Shown one piece after another: positions 12,194 through 23,493 of a DNA stretch of 64,000 bases. Source of the DNA: Moniliella sp. 'wahieum' (Eukaryota); contig RSEE01000084.1 of NCBI GenBank assembly GCA_003971905.1, forward strand, positions 124,001-188,000, given 5' to 3'. The first letter of the stretch is position 1. Each line of letters opens with the position of its first letter. The translations under genes were made by a program, and so were the position numbers. The notes beneath the pieces were generated by a model. The model saw only the letters and a list, made by a program, of their open reading frames with translations. It was not told the origin of the DNA and searched no databases.

Positions 12194-14619
12194 TGTTGAT
12201 TGGATGCGTGCTTGTAGGCTTTCTAACCGGCTGGTTGGATGGGGCTGGCATCGATCCAGAACTACTAGATTTATAGGCAGGGTAGGTATTTTTTAGGTAT
12301 AGAATGCATTCGAAGATCGCTGGGAAGCGATGACACGGCAACCACTGTTAGGTGTGACGTCAGACGGAAGCACCACAACGTAGTAGAGCAGCGAGCGGTT
12401 CAAAAAGTGGCAGGTTAGTGTGAGGGGAGTGTGCACTAGGGAGACGCTGGCCAAGTCAGCAGCAGCATAGGGTTAGCGAGAGACACAGAAAATGTGCGAC
12501 GGACTCACGGGTCAGGCGATGAAGACGGCCAGTAGCGAGGGCAAGCGGGATGAAGTCGGAATGTACACTGATAGGGCGAACAAGGTTAGGAACAGCGTTG
12601 GCATATAACACAAGGGACTTACGACCGCGAAACAGGTCAGGTGAGTTGAGGCGAGCAAGGCGAGATGAACCAACCGTGGGATTCCGTGCATGCAGCAGCT
12701 GGGCAGACAGTGTCAGTGGGCAGGATATAACTTCAAGCGCGAAGTACGGGGGACGTACGATAGCAAAAGGCAGACCAGCCAAGCGAGAGAACCACAGTCG
12801 AGTCAAAAAGTGAGAAGACGGACAAGGGTGGGCCGAAGGCGAGCGAAACGGTGCATGCACGTCACGCATGCGACCCACAAGGTCAGCAGAAGTGAGGGGA
12901 ATGCGGAGGAAGCGGGCACGTACGATGACACTGCGGACCAGAGGTGAAACGAGGGCAAGATGACCCGCGAGGGGGAGTCTGTGTAGGCGGGGTCAGCAAC
13001 AGAGCTCTGGCGGGCAAAAGAACACGTACGACAAAAGCAATGCAGACAGTGAGAGGGGGACGGGGCGAGAGGCAGAGGGGGCGTCCAACAGCGATACTGA
13101 CGAGGCGAGGAGGACGGAGTGTGGCGGGAGAGGTGCAAGCAGCAACGATGGTGATATTGATGGCCAGGGGAAGAAGATGGTGCTTTTGCGCCGTGGCACA
13201 GAGCACTCTGCGATGTGTTGGCTGCAGAGATGGGATACTGGTTGCTACGGGCGCAATGAGAGGGGCGGTGGTGAAGAGACAGGATGCAACCACAGAGGAG
13301 CAGGAGGTTAAAAGGAGGCGCGCGTGTGGCGCAGCCAATCTGTGCGCACAGGCCAATCTGGGCCACGCCAGGGGCCTAGGTAAGCTATAGTATATATGTC
13401 TAACGCCTCAACACTAGCGGCCCCCTGCAGCAGTGTTCGAGGGTCTAATCATCTCAATCAAGAGCGCCATTTTGACTTTGCCTATTTGCGACTTGCTGTG
13501 GTACTAGTTGTCTGTTTCGACGGTGACTGGCTTCATCGAACGCGGCGCACTTGCGGCCTCTCTAGCCCCGAGACTCCAAGGGCTCCCCGAAGATTGCTGA
13601 TGCGCGCGTAAGTCAACGACTAGTAGCCTTGTCCAGTAGCCCTCGTCCTGCTTCCTACCACCAACGCCTATCTCTCGCCCGCAATCGATCGCCTACGCTA
13701 CTGTCCCAAACGCTTCAGCATCCATTGCGGTCTCCATAACCGGGTGAATCGCTATACAGGTCACGATTATCCTCACTTGAGCTTTACTAGTGACTAGTGA
13801 CCTATGGTGTTACATCAAGTGTTACGTCAAGCTTCAAGTGAATGGGCACCACATGACTTTTTACAAGCTGGGGCGAAGCCCCAGCTGCCCGGGCCGTAGG
13901 CCCGGTGGTCGCCTTGTGACTTGTTATGTTCAACGTTCACGCAAGATGCACCAAAGTGCTTGCGATATACGGTGAGACGAACCGCATCAGTATGGTCTGT
14001 GTGTTTCGACCAGGGGCTATCGTCCCTGATCGAGGTGAAGGAGCTCCGGTGTTGTAACCATTCCATTTAGCTTTTGTGTTGGCTTTGTCCATGATCTCCG
14101 CAGCCCTAAGGTATATAGCCTCTGTGGCTCTTTCATGCTCCCTTGCATTAGGCGTGTCGTTGGCTGGCGTATTCGACCATCACACTGCCAACACTATAGT
14201 GCTACCGCATCACCCATCAGGGTGGCCATCTGGACTGCTCCACTCTCATCTTCAGATAGGGGATCACGAATGTAATACGCCTTGGAAGAGCATCAACGAA
14301 GCGGGAGAGCGTGCGTCTCTGGGAGAGGGGGCAAGTTTTAATGTTAGAGGGGACAAGGGTTAAGGTTAGAGAGGGCCGCGATCGTCTGCCGGACCTGTGA
14401 CAAAAAAAGCACCCAGCAATCCATATCATATGTACAACCCATCTCGCCCATAGTTTTACCAAGTCGCCACCGCCATGTTTCGACGTCGGCTCACCAAAAT
14501 GCCGACCGATGGAACGAGCCGCACGCGTGCACAATAGGACAGACGCATCTGCTGTACCTTTTCCCGCGGCCTGGTTCACGATGAAGCAGGACGAGAGGTT
14601 GCTGTACCAGTTCCCTGCT

Positions 14620-16652
14620 TGCCCAGTTCGACCGATGTCCGGTTTCATGCACTCAAGCACACGAAGGTGCGCAGGTACAGCCAAAACGTGGTGCTGGGTG
14701 CGAGGATGGGGGCCAATCACGCCATTGACGAGGTGGCCGAAGATGCGAGCATGCCCCAGCCACCTGACGCATGCTCGCCTTCCCCTGTGCTTCCCGTGCC
14801 TCCTCGCCTGTAGACACTACCATGGCCGAGGACGACTTATGCCAGACGTAGCCCAGTGTTTCCTATGGACCACCCTCAAGAGCCCACGGGCGTGTCCTTT
14901 GCCGCCCGTGGGCGCATGACAACCCGCTCGGCGCCCCGAATGAGCGTGTCGAGCAAATCCGCAACCAAGAGACTGATATTCATCAGCGATCTCAACACGG
15001 AGGGCATCCCTGGCGCAGAGGGCACCAATATCCGAGCTAGGGGTTTGTTGGCTAACCTAAAGACTGGGGTTGGGAAGGATGTGCGCTCTATGCTTGTGGC
15101 TCTCCCATTCGCGGCACTCCCCATCCTCGAGACCGGAAAAAAGAGGCCAACGATGAGAAGGAGTTCACGTTTCCGGTTCCGCTTTATGACGCTATCGTCG
15201 CGGCAGCCGACCTGCATGGTTTGCTTTCCAGGACATGGTACCCGGCTGCCGGGCAGGCCAGGGCGCAGTTCATGGTACGTCCCACAGCCTTGGTTGATAT
15301 ACGGGTTTAGACGCTGACATGCCTGTTATGGCTGGAATAGTACCGGGCGACCCAGACTGCATACCGACTGATCGAACGCCTTTCGAGACTCGGCCCCGAC
15401 AGCGCCATGGTCGCGACACGACCGAAGCTCCATCTCCTCCTGGCGCATACGTCTGATGCGCTCAAATTGTTCGGCCCTCTCCAGAACACGGACTCTGCCA
15501 GATTCGAGGGTCGCGTGAAGCACATCCGTGCGTCCGTTGCCCATTGCAACTTCCAGAACCTCCCGCGTGACACCTTGTACAACGTTATGGTCGCAGAGAA
15601 GATTCTGCACCACTCTTCACCGGGGTACGATGTGTCTAGTGACGGCTCGGTGGTGGATCGGCCTGGGGCTCCTCCCGGGGTGCTGGAGCAAGGGAAGGAA
15701 GAGCCCGACTACAACTCTGATGGCATGGCGATTCCACGAGTGGTGCTGGCCCCAGCCAAGAACCAATCCTCGGTGGGTTGCAACAACCTCACCGACGAGG
15801 AGCTGGGTCGTTTCCAGTTGGCGGACCGTGTCAAGGTGCGGGCGCAGTACCTGGTGGGCAAGGCGGCTGTTATCGCTACAGGGGAGATGATCCGTGTGGG
15901 GATGAACGTGACGATCGGCCAGAAGTCGGCCGAGTACAGCGCGTCCGCCGACTTTGTTATTGGCAAAATCCTCCGGATTGGGCGCGATCCGTTGGATGAG
16001 AAGGCTGCCTGGGTCGGGTACAGGCCGTACATCATCACGGGTAGCACGCATCGCTCAGGCTGCCGCATTGTCCGCGAACTCGATGATGGTGATGCTCCTG
16101 AAGAGTTTGCCCTATTGACGGTGAGCACCGATGAGTGCTGAATCCTCCGGCTGCGTGACGATTGCTCATCAAGTACTGACACTGGGACATTCACCACAGG
16201 ATGTTGGCAGCGAGGCGCCTCTCCAGCACGCCTGCACCAAGAAGTGCATGATAGAGCAGGACGGCCAGAAAGTACTGGTGCACAACTACGAGAAGGACCC
16301 GATCTCGGGGGAGAACGAGGCGATTGAGTACTTCATCCCGGCGGCGTCTCATTTTAAAGCCAAGAACGGGAAGCGGCTGGTATTGAACGAATACGCTATG
16401 CGAAGTCCACCACACCACAAGCCGCACATGGACTTGAGGATCAGCTGGAAGTCCCCCAAACTGAGCGCCAACGCGCTGAGCAAAGACGTGGCCCAGAGGA
16501 TTGCAACGAACGGTGCCATGCACCTGTGGGACAAGCGCGCCAAGAAGAAAGCACCTGCCGTGGCTGCTGTCGAGGAGGGGGCAAGAGCGACGACTCTTCG
16601 GACAGTGACAGTGATTGATGCGAGAACCAAATGGACATGCATTGCGCGATGA
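14620..16652 (+). pseudogene. Transposase-like coding remnant (fungal CACTA/CMC type), frameshifted and lacking a recognisable N-terminus
   Basis: Motifs GKDVRSMLVALPF, RPKLHLLLAH...LFGP...RFEGRVKHIR...NFQNLPRD (H-x-x-x-x-H / GP / FE pattern of CACTA-type transposase C-terminal regions) and LQHAC. A phase-0 intron at 16121-16199 (GTGAGC...CTGAC...CAG) joins ORFs 15407 and 16131 in frame. Confidence 0.65.
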
Positions 16653-17602
16653 GGATGAGTATAGGTTTGGTGGCAGTCGTCAGTCATCAGTAGCCAGGCC
16701 ACAGGGTGGTGCGCATCCCGGACCCATCAGCCGGAACCTCTCGAGACGTGAGATCTGAGATGGGGCCATGGGCGGCGCTTTGATATGATGCGAAGCTTCT
16801 TTTGCCGGCGAACGAGCCAGGTGACGGATAACAGTCATGCGTCCCATGCGCAGGGGCATGGCCGAAGCGAAGGGGCGGTTATGGAGTAAGAGGCCAGACG
16901 GTGAGGCGTGGGTTGCAGCCCCAAATGCCTGTCGCCACAAGCGTCGGGTTTCTGCCACCGGCCTCTTCAGCCCCACTCCGCTTATCCAGCCCATCTACCC
17001 ATTTTCCAATCCCGCCATGACCCATGTTTCAATTTTTCACACCCGCCCGTGTACTATTAATGAGCACATGACCGTGGCATGGCGCATCATAACCTTGCAA
17101 CAAGAATGTTTTGTGCGAGAGCGGTGGAACCATATAATGGACCATTGGATATCGGCGGACACATTACCAAGACCCAAACATGGCGGTGGGCTTGGCGCCG
17201 TGTCTGTATCAAGAAGTCTGTGTTACATGTCAACGTTGAAGGGCTGTAGGCGCTGCAGTTTGCGAATGAAATGAGGGATTCGAAATCGAATGTTGCACAT
17301 TGAGCATTGAACATTGGACGTTGAACATTGAATATTGAATGGAGGCAACCCTAGTGCTCCACCCCTCAGACAGACGTTCGAGTGGGTTCGGTCAGGAGCG
17401 GGGCATTACGTCATTGCGTCATTAATCATTCATGGGCAGCAACGTGGCCGCGGCCGGATGGACCCAGAGCACGAACGCGTCAACACGCACGTGCCGCAGC
17501 CCGCATTCGATCGTCATCCAAGTCCTCCCTTCTTGCCTCTCGGGACCAGCGCCGCCGCCACCGCCACGACCACCACCGCGTCCGTCGCTGCTTCCGCCCA
17601 CG

Positions 17603-19589
17603 ATGGCCTCCCACCTGGCCGCCAATGTATACCACGAGCGGCAAGAGCCTGGGTCGATGCTGTGCGCTCAGCATGCCATCAACAATCTGGTCCAGCACCC
17701 CGCCATGGATGCCAGCCAGCTTGCTTCCATTGCCCAAGTGCTCGACGCCCACGAGGAGGAGGAGCTGGGCGCTGAGGCTGTGCAGCCGCACGCGCTGCTG
17801 ACCCCCGAACTGCCAACATGGACGACACAGGCTTCTTTTCTGTCGCCGTGATTGAGACTGCGCTTCAGGCGTGGGGGCTGCGTCTCGAGCGCCTCGCAGC
17901 GCCTTCCATGGCCCATGTCCGTACCGAGCCTCAGCTGCAGCTGGCCTTCTTGCTCAACCTCGAGTCCCACTGGTTCACCTACCGCTCCTTTGGATCAGCC
18001 AACCAGTTCTGGTTCAACCTCAACTCCTTCCTCCCCTCCCCCCAGCCCATCGGGCCACTCTACCTCTCGGAACTGCTGCGTGCTTCCGAGGCCGAGCGAT
18101 ATACCGTTTTTGTCGTCATTCCCGACTCGGATGAGGCAGCACATGCCTTCCACCACACTACGGCCGATGAGCTGGCGGATCTATTCCAACCACCGGGACA
18201 GCCAGCTGAATCGGCGGCGCATGCCGGACCATCACAACGATCTACCAACCCCTCGGGCGGTGCTAGTCCCATCGATCTGACTGGGTCGGACCAGGAAGAC
18301 TGGGAACTGCAGGCTGCGCTCCAAGCTAGTTTGGCCGACGCCCAGTTTCCCCATCGTGGTTCCGATGTAGGTACTGGACCGATTCCCGCTGCTGTTGCTA
18401 CTCCTCCAAGTGGTCCTACGGCAGAAAGGCATCCAACCTCCCCTCCTCGGGCCCAACGGCGGCGGGAGAAGGCGCAACCGCCGACGCAGCAGCACTGACC
18501 TCCCCGACTCGGATGGACCGGGTGGAGATGAGGATGCCATGATGCCCAGCTCGATCCGACCGATTTCGATGAACCGGCGTCGGAGCTCAGCACGACAGGT
18601 GCTGAGCTTGTCCTCCTCCGAGGCATCCACCAGCATGGGTGCCGGTACCTCCCTCTCCACTCGTGCGTCTCGAAGGGGCACCGGGATGGATCTGGGGCAG
18701 AGTGTAGAGAGGGAGGAGGATCGATTGGCGGATCTCTTGTCCAGTTCTGCCCGGTCTCCCTTTGCTCACCCGCGGTGCGTAGGACGGTGCAGGGCGGGCA
18801 GAGTGACTCGGACGTAGAGCATGTGGACCTGAGTACCACTGCTCGTTCAGAGGAAAGGTCTGGGGAGCCAACCGGTTCGGCTCCTGTGGGCTCGTCAAGC
18901 AGTGACCAACGTCGTCTCCGTCAACGAAGACGCAATGGACGGGGCGAGAGGGCTCGGGATCTGTTCGAGGAGCAAGATACGGCTCAGCAGATGGGCGGCA
19001 GGGTATGATGACGTTGATTTTGATGACCTCGAGGAGGCGAACGACACGTTTGCGGATATGCAACAGGCCATGTGGGACCGTGTCGCTGCCCAGTTTGCAG
19101 CGGCCGACCGAGCGTATGGAGCGGAAAGTGGGGCGGATCGGTCCCTAGTCCCCGAAACCTCGTTCAGCACCTCCAATGATCGGACATACGATGACGAAGA
19201 TGCCGCTCTCCAAGCCGCTTTGGCCGCTAGTATGGGCGATACAAGTGCTCTGGAGCGTTTGCAGACCGATCCATCTCACGCCGCGCTGGTTAGCCAGCAA
19301 GACGATTTGCCACCAGCCTACGTGCTTCGGAAGCTGGCAGTGGATCCGGCAGTCCAGCCACTGGCTCGGTCTCGGGCCAGGCTCCGCGGATGTGTTGCGC
19401 ATCGCCCAAATGAGGGCAGAAGCAGCAGCTGCAGCTCAGCGCGAGGCAGCTGGGGTGGCCTCTATCCCGGAGCCCAGTTTGCCGGCCAAGGCGGAAGCGG
19501 CAAGCCAGGCGGCCTCGGGTACGGAAGAGGATGAGGAAGACGTTTCTCCTGAAGAAATGCGCCGGCGGCGCCTAGCACGGTTTGGGTGA
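17603..19589 (+). CDS. Ataxin-3 / Machado-Joseph-type deubiquitinase (Josephin domain + UIMs)
   Basis: VYHERQEPGSMLCAQHAINNL (catalytic Cys), MDDTGFFSV, HWFT (His), WFNLNS (Asn). UIM-like EDWELQAALQASL and DEDAALQAALAASM. C-terminal SPEEMRRRRLARFG*. Several 1-bp frameshifts. Confidence 0.92.
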
Positions 19590-19995
19590 AGCCATTCCTA
19601 GGAGTCAGACTAATACCACCTCTGATCTACCCTATCGATCCCAATATCTGAGATTGAAGCTTGGATAACAGGTCCAGTGTGTAGTTGACAATGTAGAGCG
19701 ATCACAAAAGGTTCATGCGTGGAGTTGTCGACAAGTAGCAAGCCGAACAAATGTAAAGTTGAGGGGTATGAGCCAGAGTGCGAGGGGGCTTCGACGAGAA
19801 GCAAGATAATCGATCAATCCAAAGAAAGCACTTTGCAAAACGAGCACTGGGCGAAACGTTACTTTTTCCGAGAATGCTAAATGGAAGAGTCAGAGAATTA
19901 GGCAACAGCATTGAAAAGGAGAGTGGGTGCGTTGACTTACTCGTTTTCCTTTCTTGCTGTCATTCCTTCCCCGAGAGAGGGAGCCTAAGACCTTG

Positions 19996-22900
19996 CTACG
20001 CCGGGCCTTGACCTCCAGCTCTGGTTCCGAGGGGGAAGATGGCGGTCAGCAGGAGCAGGCTCTTCCGGTGAAGAACGATCGAGCGGGGCAGCATCCAGCC
20101 AGCAGCAGCGGGTGAGTTGGGCGCAATCGGGGCCACCACTCCCGCCTCCGGACCTTCCAGGGGCGAACTTGCGCGTGCCCCAGGCGAAGAGGACATCTCT
20201 GCAGCCCTAGCGAGGGGTAAAGGTACTGGTGAAGACGGACCTTGGGCAAGGGCAGATGAAGCTGGGGGCGAAGAGCCTGGGTCCGAAGGAATCAAACTCT
20301 GTTCCGATCGAGTCGAAGATTTGCCCTTGCTCTTTTGGTCCAAATCTTGTTGTTGTCGCTCAGTGAGGACTTGCTTGAGCCACATGCGTCTGTATTCCCC
20401 GTCTTCCATAGCCAGCAGTTCCTCATGCGAGCCTTGCTCGACCTTGCGGCCATCCTTAATGAAGAAGATCACGTTCGAGTTGATCGTTGTTGACAGACGG
20501 TGGGCAATAGAAAGAGAAGTGCGGCCCTGCAGTAGGTGTGCAGTGCATATTGCAGTTGCTTCTCCGTCGCAGAGTCGAGCGAACTGGATGCTTCATCCAG
20601 CATAAGAAGGGGCGCATTCCGTAAGAAAGCACGAGCCAACGCGACTCGTTGAATCTCGCCTCCGGACAATCGAAACCCCGCTCCCCAACGACTGTATCAA
20701 GCCCAGGGGGAAACGCGCGATTCGATCCCAGATCTGCGCGTGCCGAGCAGCTGCGATCACCTCCTCGACCGAAGCCCCTGGCCGGCCGTAGGAAATGTTC
20801 TGCAGGATGGTCGCGTTGAACAGAGACGGGTCTTGTTGCACCACGCCCCAGGCTTGACGGAGCGAGCGAAGAGTGACGTTGCGGATGTCCTGACCATCAA
20901 TCAAGATTTGGCCACGTTGAGGGTGATAGAAACGTAGAAGCAAACGCATGATTGTCGACTTTCCCGAACCCGATGGCCCCGCAAGCCCGCAAGCAGAGTG
21001 GGCGGGAAGGGTGAAGTTGAGCCCTTCCAAGGCATAGATTTGTTCAACGTGACTCTCGTCAGACCCAGGGGGGCGTGGATAGGTGAAGTACACATCACGA
21101 AATTCAATCACCCCGTCTGTCACAACCAGATCCTTGGCCCCCGGTACGTCCCCCACGTCCGAGTTCAGCGCCAACAGATCCAACAGCTTTTCCGAATCGG
21201 TCATGTTTTGCTGCGCCGCCGTATAGTAGGCCATGGAGGAGGTAATTGGTGTATAGAGTTGAACGAGGTACGCCGTGAACTGGACAAACTGGGCTGGGGT
21301 CGCTTTACCTTGCACAACGTGGGCGACAATGAGGTAGGTAATCAACATGCCAGAGCAGAGAATGCACTGCTGGACCCAGTTGAGGAGGCCGAGGGACAAG
21401 GTCACGATCCGCTGTGATTGGAGGTAGCGGGACAATGCTGAGCCATATCGACGCGATTCATACGGTTCGTTGGCAAAGGTGGCTACCGTGTGCCAGCAGA
21501 GAAGTGCGTCGGTGTGGATTGAACGAGCTTTGCTGTCGAGGCTGTTCATCTCGCGTCGTAGGCCAGCGCGCCAGGACGACATGTTGACACTGACAATAAT
21601 GTTGCACGCCGTGACAAGAAGCAAAACAGCACTGACGCCAATAGAGTAAACGTGAGCGCACCACGCCACCGCGACCCCGATATCTAGGATGATCGGGACA
21701 CCATCGTACATCAGTCTTCGGAAGAGATCATCAATAGCCGATCCACGGTCAAGCACGCGGAGCAGTTCGCCCGTGTTGCGGTGCGCATGAAAGCTCATGG
21801 GGAGCTGCATAATGTGATCAAACGCAAGGATACCGAGTTGATAGGAGGTGTGAACCCCAAGACTAAACCAGGGGATCCGCTGGACAAACAGCATGGTCGA
21901 CTGGGTCAGGCGCAATGCCACATAGGTGGTGATAGCAGTCCATGGGATTGATGTCGCCCCACTCAGTTCTCCCACAATATGGCCAAGAGCAAGGGGAGTG
22001 TAGAAGTTGATTACTCGGTTGAAGAGAAGCATGAGGATCGAGAGACCGACATAGAGTTGCAACCGCAGCTCCTTGGGCCACAGATACGGAAATAGTTTCC
22101 AGAGCCGTTTGAAAAATACGTGTGAGGAAGGTGGGCTTAGAGGAAAGTTGAGGGGGAGGTGCAGCGTCGGCCTTGTTGTCTGGACTTGGGACGAAGAACC
22201 AGCCGCCCCGTACCCTGGATTAAAGCCTGGGGGGGTAAAAGGACATCGCCCTCGGTGGGCTCCTCAATGTCTGCGTTGGCAGCGGCTTCAGCTGCAGGCA
22301 CAAAGTCGACTCTGTCACGCGACAAGAAAAGCAATACAATAGGGTAGACAAGCAGGAAGCGGATGGCAAGCAGGACCAATTGGGGGACAGCCCACTCCAA
22401 CGTGTCTTCGGGGTCCTTTGGGTCGCTGGGGGATGCACGAGCGGAGAGAAGGGCAATGAAGAGGATCGCGTCAGTTACCATGCCCACCAATGCCCCAACG
22501 ACGACTTTGCCGCGCCCATAGTCCCCTTGGCAGTGACGAGTACGCTCCTCGAAAAGAATGGCCAGTGCCGTGGTGACTGAGGCCAAGGCGCCCCCCATGC
22601 TTGGAGGTCGAGAGCATGCCACAGAGGCAGGTCCGGCTGCCAGACCCGCGTGTTGCCAAAGGGGAAAAATGGCACGGAGCACCACAAGGGCGCCTGATAT
22701 GACATAGCTTGTGGCCACAACGAGAAGGGCGACCAGCGTCCAGACTCGGCGGCGGCTGCGAACGAGGACAATGACCGGGATCGGGCCTGGGGCGGCGTCG
22801 AGACCAGTGCCGGCGGGGGGGGGAGCAGCGCCGGAGGAGGATGCCAGGGCGGATTGGGAAGCTCTCCGGGAGACAGAAGCTGCGATCTGGGCATGAGACT

Positions 22901-23088
22901 CGGCGTCACAGGACGGGAACGCTGGCGAAGCGGGTGAGGCAGGATGCACATACAGCATGTGCCAACCGCCGCAGCGGCACGCGCACACACGTGGCGAAGA
23001 CGGTGGCGAGCAGCAGGAGGGCCTGTGCGGAGCGCACGCGGAAGAGCAGGGCCGAGCTGCTGGCGAACACGGCGAGCATGGGCTCCAT
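19996..23088 (-). CDS. HMT1: Half-size ABC transporter of the HMT1/ABCB6 type, with N-terminal hydrophobic extension
   Basis: ABC membrane domain ([17 protein letters not shown]), Walker [10 protein letters not shown], signature [13 protein letters not shown], Walker [21 protein letters not shown]. Extra N-terminal TM segments as in HMT1. Probable intron at about 22886-22992. The 3' end is uncertain and may extend toward 19611. Confidence 0.85.
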
Positions 23089-23239
23089 CGCGGGGGGATG
23101 GCGGAGCAGGCGCGGGAGGAGGCGGTTGGCGGGATCAGCGATCGGCGGCCAGCGCTGCATGCTCCGGCGGCGCGACAAGTGAGCCGAGGGCGGCCAGTGA
23201 CTGCCAGCGGGCTGCTTGTCTGGTCGGCGCCTCGACGTG

Positions 23240-23257
23240 GCCCTGAAATTTCAGGGC
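23240..23257. promoter_or_regulatory. Perfect 18-bp palindrome GCCCTGAAATTTCAGGGC in the divergent ABC transporter / PI-PLC promoter
   Basis: The sequence is its own reverse complement and lies between divergent ATGs at 23088 and 23494. A regulatory role is inferred only. Confidence 0.35.
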
Positions 23258-23493
23258 TGCCCGTTTCAACGTTCAACATTCAACTGGCAGCCTGAATGTT
23301 TCAACTGGGCAGGTGGGCGGGTGGTGTGGTAAGCGCTTACTCGCGACGACCAGCAACGCCAGCAGCCACAAAGCCTCCCGCCCAGAGCCGTCCCGCCCGT
23401 TAGTACCCGGCGCACGGACCAGCACACAGCCTCGGGGGATGCACATCCCCCCCCCACCGGCCCGTGCGCCACCCCCCCCCCCCCACCGCCCCC

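Larger units (their letters stand above)
11943..17051 (+). mobile_element. CACTA/CMC(EnSpm)-like DNA transposon, ~5.1 kb, with TIRs and flanking TA
   Basis: Left end CACGGGCGCTGGTGAAAAATT vs reverse complement of the right end CACGGGCGGGTGTGAAAAATT (18/21 identical). TA lies immediately outside both ends. A subterminal 23-bp tandem array and a transposase-like remnant lie inside. Confidence 0.75.
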
